Origin: Raja brachyura
Taxonomy: Eukaryota
Direction of reading: 5' to 3'
Length of the DNA stretch: 64,000 nucleotides
NCBI GenBank assembly: GCA_963514005.1
Contig: OY740804.1
Coordinates: 19,840,001-19,904,000 of the forward strand
The stretch's first letter is position 1; every line of letters starts with the position of its first letter. This document shows, piece after piece, positions 24,914 to 38,669 of the stretch. The translations under genes and the position numbers were made by a program. Below the pieces are notes generated by a model, which worked only from the letters and a program-made list of their open reading frames with translations, made no database searches and was not told the DNA's origin.

Positions 24914-26655
24914 CAGGGCTGCCAACTCTCACGCTTAGAGCGTGAGAATCACGTATTTGGACAAATTTTCACACTCGCACACTGATCACAAATTTATCAC
25001 GCTCTGTCGTGAGAAATTCTGTGATCAACGAAAAATTAAAAACTCATATAAACTGCATGGGCCGCGGGTGTTGGAGAGCCGGGGCTGGCCAGTGTTTGCA
25101 GGGCTGGCCAGTGTTTGCGGGGCTGGCGAGTGTTTGCGGGGCTGGCGAGTGTTTGCGGGGCTGGCGAGTGTTTGCGGGACTGGTAAGTCTCTCGCTGCAG
25201 CTCCGGCCATGGAGCAGCTTCAGTGCAAGAGTCCCGGGCCGTCAGAGGCGTCGGAAAACGTTGCGCCGCTGCCGTCAGAGTCTCTGTGCTGAAGGGACAG
25301 AGACTCTTAAGGCGAGGGGGAGAGAGAGAAGGGAAGGAGGCAGAGAGGGGGGGGAGAGAGAGGGGAGAGAGAGGGGGGGAGACAGGGAGGGAGAGAATGG
25401 GGAGAGAGGAGGGAGAGGGGGAGAGAGAGGAGAGGGAGAGAGGGGGGAGAGAGAGGTAGGGGAGAGAGGGAGAGGGAGGAGGGGGGGGAGAGAGAGGAGA
25501 GATGGGNNNNNNNNNNNNNNNNNNNNNNNNNNNNNNNNNNNNNNNNNNNNNNNNNNNNNNNNNNNNNNNNNNNNNNNNNNNNNNNNNNNNNNNNNNNNNN
25601 NNNNNNNNNNNNNNNNNNNNNNNNNNNNNNNNNNNGTGAGAGCGGGAAGGGAGAGAGGGAGAGAGAGGGAAAGAGAAATGGGAGAAAGAGAGAGAGAGGG
25701 TGGGGCAAAGAGAAAGAGGAGATAGAGACAGAGGAGAAAGTGAGAGGGGGGAGAGAGAGCAAGGGGGAGAGTGAGGTGGGGGGGAGAGATGGGGGGAGAT
25801 GGGGGGAGAGAGAAGGGGGAGAGAAGGGGGAGAGAGGGGGAGAGAGGAGGAGGAGAGAGAGAGAGGAGAGAGCGAGAGAGAGAGAGAGAGAGAGGGGGAC
25901 ATAGAGAGGTGAGAGAGAGAGAGAGAGATAGAGGGGGAGAGGGAGAGAGAGAGGGAGGGAGAAAGAGAGAAAGAGAGAAGGGGGTGGGGAAGAGTGAAGG
26001 GAGAGAGAGAGAAGAAAGAGGGGGAGAGGGAGAGGGGGGGAGAGTTAGTGGAAAGAGAGGGGGAGAGTGTTAGGGGAAAAAGAGGGGGAGAGAGAGAGAG
26101 AGAAGAGAGAGGGGGAGGGATGGGGAGAGAGAGGAGAGGGGGCGAGAGAGAGGGGGGAAGAGGGAGAGGGGGAGAGAGATGGGAAGATGGAGAGAGGAGA
26201 GAGAGAGGGGAAGAGGGAGAGAGGGGAGAGAGAGGGGAAGAGGGAGAGAGGGGAGAGAGAGAGAGGGGAAGAGAGGAGAGATGGAGAGACAAAGGGGGAG
26301 AGAGAGGAGAGGGGGAGAGAGAGGGGGAGAGGGAGAGGGGTGAGAGGAGAGAGAGCGGGAGAGAAAGAGAGTGGGAGAGAGGGGAGGGAGAGAGGGGGAG
26401 AGAGAGGAGAGATAGGGGGACAGAGGGAGGAGAGAAAGGGGGGAGAGAGAGAGGGAGAGAGAGAGAGAGAGAGGGAGAGGGGAGAGAGAGGGGGGATAGA
26501 GAGGCAGGGCTGCCAGCTCTCATGCATTGAGCATGCGAATCACGCATTTAGCCAAATTCTCACGCTGATCACAAATTTCTCACGCTCTGTCGTGAGAAAT
26601 TCTGTCATTAACGAAAATTTCAAAACTCATATCAACTGCATGGGCCATGGGAGTT
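24914..26655 (+). mobile_element. Two direct copies of a hAT-like transposon left end flanking a GA-rich tract
   Basis: CAGGGCTGCCA(A/G)CTCTCA... ~150-bp segment at ~24914 and ~26504; GA-rich low-complexity sequence 25310-26500 with an N gap at 25507-25634. Confidence 0.6.
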
Positions 26656-26694
26656 GGAAGCAGAAGCAGCAGAACAGTAGATTTTCACTTACTG

Positions 26695-27040
26695 TAACTG
26701 CAGGAAAAATGTTCCCGATGTTGGGGGAGTTCAGAACCAGAGGTCACAGTTTAAGAACAAAGGGTAGCCCAGTTAGGACTGAGATGAGGACAAACGTTCT
26801 TCACACAGAGAGTTGTGAATCTGTGGAATTCTCTGCCACAGAAGGCAGTGCAGGCCAATTCACTGGATGTTTTCAAGAGAGAGTTGCGTTTAGTTCTTGG
26901 GGCTAACAAAATCAAGGGATATGGGGGAAAAAACAGGAAAGAGGTACTGATTTTAGATGAACAGCCATGATCATATTGAAGGCAGTGCTGGCTCGAAGGG
27001 CCGAAGGGCCTATTCCTGCTCCTATTTTCTATGTTTCTGT
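26695..27040 (+). mobile_element. CR1 LINE 3' fragment
   Basis: AGKMFPMLGEFRTRGHSL..., 3' UTR ending in TTTCTATG repeats. Confidence 0.85.
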
Positions 27041-29406
27041 GCTTGAGTATATGGCAATAAAACTCGACCACTTGATTTTTAAGCATTCATGCATGGTGGA
27101 GGTATAATGTAGTCATAGAGTGATACAGTGTGAAAACAGGCCCTTCGGTGCAACTTGCCCACACTCGCCAACATGTCCCAGCTACACTACCTGCTTTTGG
27201 TCCATACCTCCAACCCTGTCCTATCCATGTATCAGTCTAACTTTTTCTTAAATGTTGGGATGGTCCCTCCCTCGAATACCTCCTCTGGCAGCTTGTTCCA
27301 GCCACCCACCACCCTTTGTGTGGAAAAATTTACCCCTTAAAAAGTTACCTCTTAAAAATACTTCATACAAAAAACATTGAAATTATACTTCTACAATGCA
27401 CGAAAACATGATTTTAATACATCAAATTTCAAAAAGTCCCTACCCTGGGAGGGGGGACACCCCCCGTCCACACCCTCTCTCCACTTGGTTGCTCCACTCC
27501 CTCGCCTGGTACCCCCAAGGCCAATGAGCTGTGATCGCGCACCTTCCCCACTTTCAGAAATGCTCCACGACCCCTGGTTCAGACAGAGAACACTGCCAGA
27601 TGTGAGCGGGGAACTGAGGCCAGTTGTCCGTGATGTCTGGATCCCAATGCTCAGCGCTTCATGTTTCGGATTTGGCTAATGTTATTGATTTGTAATTAGC
27701 CTGATATGTAAATATTTGACAAAACCTTAATTTATTAATCAGGAATATCCAGGGGGATGGGATAAGTGTAATATTAAAATGGCATGCAAGGTGTCAGGCT
27801 GTCTGTCACAACATACAACCCCGATAACCCATTATTTCCTTCGGTTGAATATTGGGAAGGTAGCACTATTGTCATTTGCCACTCAACTATTATGTTTGTT
27901 TACCTCACTGACTATTTCTAACCCAAATTCCTTTGACAGGTTGAATAGAAATGTCTCCAATCGCATTGTTTTATTAATTCAGCACGTAGATGAACATCCT
28001 CAAGGAGTGTAATCAGATGGAAACTGATTCAGATGCGATGTTTAAGAGCTTGTTCAAAGAAGGGGCATATTTTAAAGGAGTGACAGAGATACCCATAGGG
28101 GAATGTGTGAGGAGGTTATTATTTGTCTTTAGTTTTAGCTTGAACCAGGACATCTGAAGATTCAAATTTTAATATAGTAATTGTGCTGAAACTGACTCTA
28201 ATCAACCACGTAATGAACATCACCCATTCTGGAGGTTTTATTTTTCTGATGCCATTTAAACTTCACTTGGATTTCAATCACTTCAATGTAAAAGTAATTG
28301 GGAAAGGGGAGCATTGGAACAAAAAATTGCCCTTGGTACGTATTAACTGTAATATAATAATGTATGCATGTTCATAGGTGCAATAGAAAAAAAGATCTTT
28401 TTATCATTGTTGTGTTATGAATACCACAGAAAATATTATGTACTCTCAAGATCACATTAAATAGAATATTTTTGCTGGAATATATAGTTATTGGACTTTG
28501 CATTTTGCAAAAGTCCCAGCTGAGAGGAAGACAGCAAAATACTGAAAATATTGGGGGTGAAAATAACTTCAGGACAGTTTGTTTGGAAAATGAAAGAAAT
28601 GGTAACAGAATAGTTATACAGCTGAGTGAGTATAATTTGATGGATGAGAAATTGTGTTCAACCAATTGATTACTTCTTTGACAAAGTAACTAGCATGTTA
28701 GATAACAAGGAAGCCAATGGGCGTAGCAAATTTTGTTATTGGTCTGTGAAGTGCCCCATAAAATATTACCGCATTAGATAATCACCTGTGGACGTGAACG
28801 TAATAGGTTAACTCCAAGGGGTCAGATATGGGGCTTTATGTGTGGGACAGATATATTGTCAGTGCAGAGGGGCTAGGAGCAATGCCAAGTGTGCATCCAG
28901 AGTCAAGGTCTGGAATAGTACAAGGTGTGCAGTCAAAGCTGGGACAATGGGAGTGGGGGTCAGCACTGGGAACTTAACCAGGTAAGCAGCTATGATCAAG
29001 GTAGAATAGTGGGACAGGTGTAAGGCTGGACTCAGGGTCAGGAATGAGAGAAGGTATGCAACTGGAGTCAGGGTCAGGAGTAGTACCAGGTGTGCAGTGA
29101 GACCCAGGTTGGTGAACATGGGCCAAGTGTTTGATTATAATCTGATTTCCATACATGAATATACTAGGATCATGCATGTGCTGCACGTGTTGATCAGAGC
29201 CTGGGCTCTACTGTGGAATGTAATTACGAATGTAATTTAGTCTAACTTTATTCACAGCTAATCCAATTTAAAGCATATATATTGCATTCAAGTGTAAGTT
29301 AAAAGACTCGCTACAGTATGCACCATATTGCACAATTTCAAGCTGAAAAATGCAAAAGCCCCCCGGTTGCTATCCTTGCAGCCCATTCCCCCCACCTTCA
29401 AGGGAG

Positions 29407-29458
29407 ATGGAGACCGGGCATCTGCTCGCTCTCTGGCTGACTCTCTGCATCTCTGTCT
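29407..29458 (+). pseudogene. SLAM/CD2-family pseudogene, leader exon
   Basis: Strong Kozak gagATGG; METGHLLALWLTLCISV + T|gtgagt (phase 1), a hydrophobic signal peptide 2.2 kb upstream of the Ig exon. Confidence 0.6.
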
Positions 29459-30069
29459 GTGAGTTTCATTTTGAAAATGTTTGTCTTTCTCTACCCTCTC
29501 TCCACTAGTTCCACAGACATACTGTCCTGCATGCGATGCTCCCAGGGCAGGGACAACGTCGGGCTGATTGGAAATTGTAGGCTGTGAGACTGGGGATTGA
29601 CCCGTCAGTGAGCTGGCTGCCGCAGTCAGTGTGGGGGAGACCGGGGCAGAGAGAAGGAGGGGTGAGTTTCTGTATTTCTCTCTGCTTTCCTGTGGGAGAG
29701 AAGAGGGAAGAGTTTTACTCTCGACAGTAGAAGGACAACTTGCTCACCTAACAAGGTTGGCATCTGATAGCTGGAAGATTGTGGGCGTGGCAGAGGTGGC
29801 TGCAAGATCACTGGAATGAGATTGTCACTTCCAAAGGCAGGACAGGATGGTGCTTCTCACAAGTAATCTTGCTTCCAATCCTACCTTCTGGCCCAGGTCA
29901 ACTGGAGCTGCCCCACCATGAAGAGACTTTGTTAGATTCTAGACGTTGGTGAGGCCTCGACCTGACAGAAGATGCCTCCTTGTTGAAGAGCCAGCGGAGA
30001 GACTGTGTTTTAGCAGAGTCTAGAAGCCTTGTCATTCCTGACTTTGTCACCCTTTCTATTCAAGTGTTC

Positions 30070-31260
30070 ATAAGTTCATGCTTCATAGGAGCAGAATTAG
30101 GCTATTCGGCTCTTCGAGTCTACTCTGCTATTTAATCATGGCTGATCTATCTTTGTCTCTTAATCCCATTCTCCTGCCATCTCCCCCTTAACCTTTGACA
30201 CTATTACTAATAAAGAACCTGTAAATCTCTTTAAAAATGCCCAAAGACTTGACCTCCCCAAAGAATTCCACAGATTCACCACCCTCTGTCTAAAGAAATT
30301 AGTTATTTTATTCTGAAACTGTGCACTCTGGTCCTAGATCTCTCCCAGTACAAAGAGCCTCTCCACATCCACTCTGTCCAGGCCTTTCATTAGTCGGTAA
30401 TTTTCAATGTGATTCCCTCAAATTCTTCTAAATTCCAATTCTGGGATTCAGATCCATTTTCTTTGGAGAGGAATGACGGGAGATTTAACTGCAGCTTAGA
30501 AGATCCTGAAGAGATGTGAGGTAATTGATAGTCATGGAGTCAATTTGATGTTCAAATAGTTCCGCCGATAGGACAGTCTCGAATGATGGGACACTGAGGT
30601 ACATAAGAATAAGAACTGAGGTACTTAGGAATTATTTTGGATGGAGGATGGTGAACCTCTGGAATTCTCTGCCTCTGAGGTGCGTGGAGACTGGGCCACT
30701 GGGGCATATAAAGAGAAAGGAAATGCATGTTTGACAACTCGAACACCTGCGGTTTGCTGTTTCCTCTGGCCAATTTATATGCCTCTTCCTTGGATTTAAC
30801 ATTATCCCTAATTTCCCTCGTGAGCCACGGTTAAGCCGCCTTCCCTGTTTTATTTTTACGCCAGATATGGATAAACAGTTGTTGTAATTCATCCATGCGA
30901 TCTTTAAATCTTTGCCATTGCTTATCCACCATCAATCCTTTAAGTATAATTTGCCAGTCTATCCTAGCTAATTCCTGTCTCACCATCAAAGTTACCTTTC
31001 TTTAAGTTCAAGGTAGACAAAAATGCTGGAGAAGCTCAACGGGTGAGGCAGCATCTATGGAGCGAAGGAAATAGGCAACGTTTCGGGTCGAGACCCTTCT
31101 TCAGAGGTTCGGGTCGAGACCCTTCTTTAAGTTCAGGACCCTTGTCTCTGAATTAACCGTGTCACTCTCCATCCTAATGCAGAATTCTACCATATTATGG
31201 TCACTGATGCCCAAGATTGCTAACTAATCCTTCCTCATTACACAATAGCCAGTCTAGATG
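30070..31260. mobile_element. Degenerate CR1 fragments, mostly minus strand, with a Penelope pseudo-LTR piece at ~31010-31126
   Basis: Reverse-complement CR1 3' UTR and ORF2 segments; GGGTCGAGACCCTTCTTCAG motif. Confidence 0.7.
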
Positions 31261-31629
31261 GTTTAGGGCCAGTCTGGGCTGGGTCACACTAAGGTGTCAT
31301 GGGACACCGGGACCACTCACAGGAGTGACAACGGACATGGAGCTGGAGAGAAATTCCCGGGATTCACAGAACCATAAACAGGACACAGTGTAGAGTTTGT
31401 GGATGAGTGCGGGCAGTGGTCGGGAAGGGGACGCAGTGCACGTGTAGACTTACTCCAGCAACAACTGGCCGAACTGAAGGGGGGGGGGGGGGGGAGTTAA
31501 ACTTGTGGGTGGAAATGAACTGGGATTGGTTTAAAGTTAACTTGTGGCTGTTGGAGACGGGGTGTTGGGTATCGTGGGGTCCACAAGGATCTCCCTTACT
31601 CATCTTTCTTCTATCTGCCCCAACCTCAG

Positions 31630-31913
31630 AGCCCATGGCAGGAACACAGATTAAGGCTCAGAACATCGCCGAGATCTGCAGCTTTGCCTTGACCTGCTCC
31701 GTGACCTCCAGCGACCCCACCAGCTTCAGGTGGTGGAGGGGACGAGAAGCTCTGGGAAACGACAGCACCCATCACCGCAGGTGACACGGGGAGACGATAG
31801 AGGTTGATCACACAGCAGAGGTCAGGAGCGTTATGCACAGGTGTGAGGCCAGGAACCCGGTCAGTGAGGGCACGGCACAGATCTGAGGGGCGTCTGTAAA
31901 CAGACCACATTTG
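31630..31913 (+). pseudogene. SLAM/CD2-family C2-set Ig domain exon, disabled
   Basis: Pyrimidine tract, cctcag|; (E)PMAGTQI...CSFALTCSV...FRWWRG...CEARNPVS...C. In-frame TGA at 31782-31784 and a frameshift near 31883; phase 1-1, donor G|gtcaga. Confidence 0.85.
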
Positions 31914-32529
31914 GTCAGAGTGAGGATCAGCTTTAGGGAGCGTGGTGGGTCCCCAGGTGTCGGAGGATCATCTGATGGAACAGTGCACAGGAAACTATGC
32001 TCTATGTGTAACCCATAGCCCAGGATGGGATCTTTGCCCCCTGTGTCCATGCTTACCATCAAGTAGCCATTTCTACTCATTCCACTTTGCTGACCCTGCG
32101 CTGTACATAACCATTCATGCCTTGGCCACGTGCATTTAGAAAGTCCACCTCCACCACCCTCTCACTCAGTGTGTTCCAAGTTGCAACCACCCTGGTGAAA
32201 CAAAAAAATCTTCTTCCCCTTACCCTGAACCTATGCTTTCTGGTTACAGGCTCTTCGGCTGTGGACTTTACATGCCCTCTCTATTCCCCTCATAATTCCT
32301 ATGTTTTAAATCTCCTCCCCCTCAGCCTCCAACCCTCTCTTTCTTCATCAGTTCTATGCCAGGCAACATCCAGGGGAGTCTCTGCTGCAATCACTCCATG
32401 GTGCAATCCCGTCCTCCCTGTAAATGTGGAGGCCAGAAGTGTACATGATATTCCAACTGTGGCCTAAATAATGTGGTATAAGTTGTACCATAACCTCCCT
32501 GTTCCTTTACCCTTAAGCCCCCAAGTCTC

Positions 32530-32915
32530 CTTTCTTTTATTTTAAATATTGTTTTATTGGAAGCATATACATATCAAACCAAAAACAATTTGTTTATCAA
32601 TTACATATTAACACAGCTTATATTTATTTTAATTTTTTTAAGATTTTTTGAAAGATCGAGCTATAGAAAGAAAAGAGAGAGAAAAAAAAAAGACAAAAAA
32701 TTACCAATAACATAATTTTGGAGATAGGTGCGTAGATTATAAAGTGTAGTTATTAATCCCATCCTGGATTCAAGTTTCAGTCAAGTTTCCGTGCTGGACC
32801 AATTTACCCTTTCAGAAAATCAATAAATGGAGACCATATTCTAGCAAACAATTCTGGTTTGTCAATTAAGACAAGTCTAATTTTTTCCAAGTGTAAGGTC
32901 TCAGACATCTCCATA
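32530..32915 (-). mobile_element. L1 LINE 3' end
   Basis: Minus-strand IMEMSETLHLEKIRL....LFARIWSPFIDFLKG* (L1 ORF2 C-terminus), then an AT-rich UTR, AATAAA and an A-rich tail. Confidence 0.75.
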
Positions 32916-33959
32916 ATCCACAAGTCTTCTTTCTTAACCCTGTGCTGCCATCTCCAGGCAGCTTTGAGCTTATACCAAGGTCCTCTGTTCCTCATCACTT
33001 CATACTGGAGTTACTCAGCGGGACAGGCAGCATCTCTGGAGAGAAGGAATGGGTGACGTTAGGGGTCTGAAAAAGGGCCTCGATCAGAAACGTCAACCAT
33101 TCCATCGCTCCAGTGTGATTGATTGCGGTGCTCCAGCCCCGAAAGCCAGGTCGCCGCTGGAGCACCGCAGCCCCGAAAGCCAGGTCACCGCTGAAGCTCC
33201 AAAGCCATGCTGTCGCTGCTGGAAGCTGGAAGGCCGCCACAGCTACAAGGCCGCCAAGGCCGCCAGCTCCGCCATTAGGGCCTCAGCACAGATGGAGACG
33301 GTGATGGGGGACACGACAAGAAAAGTCAAATCCCCCCGAAGGGAGAGACTAAAACCCTGTATCTCCCACCCTCCCCCCCCCCCCCCCCCCCCAACACATA
33401 CACAGCCTAATAAACCAAAATAATCACTAAAACAGACACAAGAAGACAAAAATAAAATTAAAAACAGACGGACTGCAGGTGAGCCGCAGCTGCCAGGCAG
33501 CGCCGCCACTTCCGGGCCTTCCACAATTAGGATATACCTCATCAGGCTCTGGGGATTTATCCACCTCTCAGCCTGCTAAGCCATCACATGCGTTCACCTT
33601 TCTAATGATGAAATTATGATGAACTTCTACAGGTGTACAGTAGATAGGGTATATTGACTGGTTGCATCAGGGCCTCGTTCGGCAATGAATGACCAGGAGC
33701 GAAGGATACTATAAAAAGTTGTGCACGCTGCCCAGACCATGACAGGTTCTGACCTCCTCATCATCAAAGGGATTTATAGGAGAACTGCCTCAAAAAAGTC
33801 GCCAGCATCATCAGAGAACTACACCACCCTGGCCACACGTTCGTTTCACCCCTGCCATTGGGAAGAAGTTTCCGGAACCTGAAAACAGCAACATCCAGTT
33901 TCAGGGACAGCTTCTTCCCTACAGCCATGAATTAAACTTAGTTCCTCACACTCTGTTGA

Positions 33960-34398
33960 GAAAAGACTAGGCTTGTATTCACTGGGGTTTAGAAGGATGA
34001 GGGGGGATCTTATAGAAATATATAAAATTATAAAAGAACTGGACAAGCTAGATGCAGGAAAATTGTTCCCAATGTTGGGCGAGTTCAGAACCAGGGGCCG
34101 CAGTCTTAGAATAAAGGGGAGGTCATTTAAGACTGAAGTGAGAAATAACTTTTTCACCCAGAGAGTTGTGAATTTGTGGAATTCCCTGCCACAGAGGGCA
34201 GTGGAGGCCAAATCACTGGATGGCTTTAAGAGAGAGTTAGATATAGCTCTATGGGCTAGTGGAATCAAGGGATATGGGGAGAAGGCAGACACAGGTTATT
34301 GATTGGGGATGATCAGCCATGATCACAATGAGTGGCGGTGCTGGCTCGAAGGACTGAATGGTCTCCTGCACCTATTTTCTATGTTTCTATGTTTCTAT
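33960..34398 (+). mobile_element. CR1 LINE 3' fragment, within Rex-like sequence spanning ~33600-34935
   Basis: YSLGFRRMRGDLIEIYKII...GYGEKADTGY*; (TTTCTATG)n tail. Confidence 0.88.
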
Positions 34399-34615
34399 GC
34401 ATTGGGCAGCAAGCTTTCGCCATTCTGTTCGGTTATGTGCGACGTCTTCCACCCTCGATAGGTTTGCGTCCCGGGCTGCCAAATCCTTCGGGAATGTTCG
34501 CGTCCATGTGAGTTTTGGTCGGCCTCTTTTCATTCTCCTGTCAGGTTGCCATGTCATTGCTATCTTAAGTGGACGTTCTGGTGCCATTCTGAGTACATGT
34601 CCGGCAATACCAGCC
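34399..34615 (-). mobile_element. RTE-clade LINE C-terminal fragment
   Basis: AGHVLRM.PER..KIAMTW.P....KRGRPK.TW.RT...A.NR.EWR is typical of RTE ORF ends. Confidence 0.75.
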
Positions 34616-35280
34616 ATTAGGCTATTAAATACTACAACCTCCAAATAAGCTCTGAACTACAGAGACTATTAATGTTATTATTATACTATTATTGTTTGTT
34701 TGGTTTATGTGTACGTATGTATGTGCGTGCATGTGTGTATATATATATATAGATATATAGATATATATATAATCTGTGCATAAGTATGTGTATATGTACA
34801 CACATTCAACTTATTTTTTCTCAATTATTATTATATTGTTTACCCTGTACCATGTTTACCTATTCTGCTGGGCTGCTGCAAGTAAGAATTTCATGGTTCT
34901 ATCTGGGACATATGACAATAAAACACTCTTGACTCTTGAATCGTCCTTGGCAAATGGGAGGGAGTTTGGGCAACACAGTGGCGTAGCGGTAGAGTTATGG
35001 CCTTCTAGCACCAGAGACCCAGACCCAGATTGATCCCAGAACAGGGATCACTGGTCGCCGCGGACTCATTGAGCTGAAGAGCCTGTTTCTGCACTGTATC
35101 TCTAATGTCTAACTTTAAGATTCCATCCACACTCTGGTTCCGCACACAGATTGCTCCCTTGGTCCTTCATGGGTCCAACTATTCCACCTGGATACTCTCT
35201 CACTCACTCACATTTATAAAATGCAATGGATTTTTTCTTAACCTTCTTTGCTAGTGATATATGTATATATCACTTGATTC

Positions 35281-35760
35281 AAATTCAAATCCATTTTCCT
35301 ACCATTTCAAGCAGGGTGCAAGGCCACCAAATTCGAGTGCAGTTCCTTACCTCTTCAAGCAGGGTGCAAGGCCACCCAATTCAAGTGCAGTTTCATACCA
35401 CTTCAAGCAGGGTGCAAGGCCACCAAATTCAGGTTTTGTTTCCGACCACTTCAAGCAGGGTGCAAGGCCACCGAATTCAAGTGCAGTTTCCAACCACTTC
35501 AAGCATGGTGCAAGGTCACCAAATTCAAGTGCAGTTTCATACCACTTCAAGCAGGGTGCAAGGCCACCAAATTCAAGTGCAGTTTCATACCATTTCAAGG
35601 AGGGCGCAAGCCCACCAAATTCAAATGCAGTTTCATACCATTTCATGCAGGGTGAAACGACACCAAATTCATATGCAGTTTCATTCCATTTCATGCAGGG
35701 TACAAGGCCACTACATTCAAATGCAGTTTCATACTATTTCAAGCAGGGTGAAACCACCAT
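35281..35760. repeat. 48-bp minisatellite, ~10 copies
   Basis: GCAGGGTGCAAGGCCACC recurs at 35311, 35359 and onward; produces 16-aa periodic spurious ORFs. Confidence 0.92.
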
Positions 35761-36128
35761 AAAACCACAAAACACCACACTCACAGTTTAGTAGACATTC
35801 AGTCTGTTCAGTAGATTCACAGCTCAGACAGAGTCTTGACCTCTCCCTCCCCCATCACGCAGAGATTGTGCCACACCCACACTTCCGGGTTTTATAATTC
35901 TTCCCCCTCCCACAGGAAAAGGTATGGCCTTCATGGCGTAATTGACAGGAGAGAGATTCTCAACATTTTTTAAACACTAAAAACACTTTTGTTTCTCATT
36001 GATGGGAAGAATCCTCTGCACTTGATGAGTGGAGGGGGATAGAGTAAGGTGGCCAAAAATCACAGCCGTAAGTCGTTGCGTTTTATCTAAAATCAACATA
36101 GTGCAAACAGGAAGTTGCCAAGTTCAGA

Positions 36129-36916
36129 CAAACAACCATTTGCAGTGCCTTTTCACTTCAACCCAAAACCCCCAAGCAACCATTTGCAGTGCCTTTTCAC
36201 TTCAACCCAAACCCCCCAAGCAACCATTGGCAGTGCCTTTTTACTTCAACCCAAAACCCCCAAACAACCCTTTGCATGCAGTGCCTTTTTACTTCAACCC
36301 AAACCCTCCAAACAACCCATAGCATGCAGTACCTTTTACCTCGACCCAAACCCCCCAAACAACCATTTTCATATAGTGCCTTTTTACTTCAACCCAACTC
36401 CCCAAACAATTATTTGCATGCAGTGCCTGTATACTTAAACCCAAACCCCCCAAATAACCCTTTGCATGCAATGCCTTTTTACTTCAACCCAAACCCCCCA
36501 AACAACCATTTGCATCCAATGTTTTTTTACTTCAATCCAAACCCCCCAAATAACCATTTGCATGCTGTGCCTTTTTACTTCAACCCAAAACCCCCAAACA
36601 ACCCTTTGCATGCAGTGCCTTTTTACTTCAACCCAAACCCCGCAAACAACCCTTTGCATGCATTGCCTTTTTACTTCATCCCAAACCCCCCAAACAACCC
36701 TTTGCATGCAGTGCCTATTTACTTCAGCCCAAACCCCCCAAACAACTGCTTGCATGCAGTGCCTGTATACTTCAGCCCAAACCCCCCAAATAACCCTTTG
36801 CATGCAGTGCCTTTTTACTTCAACCCAAATCCCCCCAAACAACCATTTGCATGCAGCGCCTTTTTACTTCAACCCAAATCCCCCAAATAACCATTTGCAT
36901 GCAGTGCCCTTTTACT
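36129..36916. repeat. ~48-bp minisatellite (TTTTACTTCAACCCAAACCCCCCAAACAACCATTTGCATGCAGTGCC-like), ~17 copies
   Basis: Direct tandem periodicity; the first units are slightly shorter. Confidence 0.92.
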
Positions 36917-38191
36917 TCGTAATAAGGTGGATGAGTTGAATGTGCAGATAGCTATTAATGATTATGATATAGTTGGGATCACGGAAACATGGCTCCAGGG
37001 TGACCAAGGCTGGGAGCTGAACATCCAGGGATAGCCAATATTCAGGAGGGATAGACAGAGAGGAAAAGGAGGTGATGTAGCATTGCTGGTTAGAGAGGAA
37101 TTTAATGCAATAGAAAGGAAGGACATTAGCTTGGAGGATGAGGAATCGATATGGGTAGAGCTGCGAAACACTAAGAGGCAGAAAACGCTAGTGGGTGTTG
37201 TGTACAGGCCACCTAACAGTAGTAGTGGAGTTGGCGGTGGCATCAAACAGGAAATTAGAAATGCATGCAACAAAGTTAAACAGTTATAATGGGTGACTTC
37301 AATCTACACATAGATTGGGTGAATCAAATTGGCAGGGGTAGACTGGCAATTGATTCTTAAAGGGTTTACGGTGGATATGCAATGGAAGGCATTTAAAAAC
37401 TGCATGGATGAACTACAACAATTGTTCATCCCAGTTTGGCAAAATAATAAATCAGGGAAGGTAGTGCATCCATGGATAACAAGGGAAATCAGGGATACTA
37501 TCAAAATAAAAGATGAAGCGTACAAATTAGCCAGAAAAAAAAGCCTACCAGGGGATTGGGAAAAATTCAGAATGCAGCAGAGGAGGACAAAGGACTTAAT
37601 TAGGAAAGGGAAAATAGATAATGAAAGAAAACTGACAGGGAACATAAAAACTGACTGCAAAAGTGTTTATAGATATGTGAAGAGAAAAAGATTAGTTAAA
37701 ACAAATGTAGGTTCCTTGCAGTCACTGAGGAAGACATAAATAATCTGCCGGAAATAGTAGGGGGCCGTGGGTCAAATGAGATGGAGGAACTGAGTGAAAT
37801 CCAGGTTAGCCGGGAAGTGGTGTTAGGTAATTTGAATGGATTATAGGCCGATAAATCCCCAGGGCCAGATAGGCTGCATCCCAGAGTACTTAAGGAAGTT
37901 GCCCCAGAAATAGTGGATGCCTTAGTGATAATTTTTCAAAACTCTTTAGATTCTGGAGTGGTTCCTGAGGATTGGAAGGTAGCTAATGTAACCCCACTTT
38001 TAAAAAAGGGAGGGAGAGAGAAAACGGGGAATTACAGACCAGTTAGTCTAACATCGGTAGTGTGGAAACTGCTAGTCAGTTATTAAAGATGGGATAGCAG
38101 CACATTTGGAAAGTGGTGAAATCAGCATCGATTTACGAAAGGTATATATCTTATATACTTTTTTGAGGATGTAACTAGTAGAGTGGATAAG

Positions 38192-38669
38192 TCCTGGGAT
38201 GTCAGGACTTTCATATGAGGAAAGATTGGATAGACTCGGCTTGTACTCGCTGGAATTTAGAAGATTGAGGGGGGATCTTATAGAAACTTACAAAATTCTG
38301 AAGGGGTTGGACAAGCTAGATGCTGGAAGATTGTTCCCGATGTTGGGGGAGTCCAGAACAAGGGGTCACAGTCTAAGGATAAGGGGGAATTCCTTTAGGA
38401 CCGAAATGAGGAAAACATTCTTTACACAGAGAGTGGTGAGTCTCTGGAATTCTCTGCCAGAGAAGGTAGTTGAGGCCAGTTCATTGGCTATATTTAAGAG
38501 GGCGTTAGATGTGGCACTTGTGGCTAAAGGGATCAGGGGGTATGGAGAGAAAGCAGGTACGGGATACTGAGTTGGATGATCAGCCACGATCACATTGAAT
38601 GGCGGTGCAGGCTCGAAAGGACGAATAGCCTACTCCTGCACCTATTTTCTATGTTTCTATGTTTCTATA
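38192..38669 (+). mobile_element. Younger CR1 3' fragment nested inside the CR1
   Basis: Interrupts RVDK|GE.VDV; intact C-terminal ORF 38199-38570 and (TTTCTATG)n tail. Confidence 0.85.

Noticed and set aside
25009-26906. Long ORFs (503 aa, 279 aa and others) rich in S/L/P or G/E/R
   Set aside because: Translations of GA/CT low-complexity sequence across an N gap; no domain content.
28859-29119. Hydrophobic 86-aa minus-strand ORF
   Set aside because: 12-residue periodicity reflects a decayed ~36-bp tandem repeat.
15132-29400. APOA2 or TOMM40L expected downstream of FCER1G by human synteny
   Set aside because: No matching exons recognised on either strand; the interval is mostly transposon debris.
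29500-30060. Possible V-set Ig exon, or a CCAAT promoter with a non-coding exon (donor 29662)
   Set aside because: No V-set motifs (W, R, SLxI, DxGxY) recognised in the frames examined; a single CCAAT and donor are too weak to call.
35226-36939. Periodic ORFs and CRISPR-like regular repeats
   Set aside because: Head-to-tail 48-bp minisatellites without unique spacers; eukaryotic context and no cas genes.
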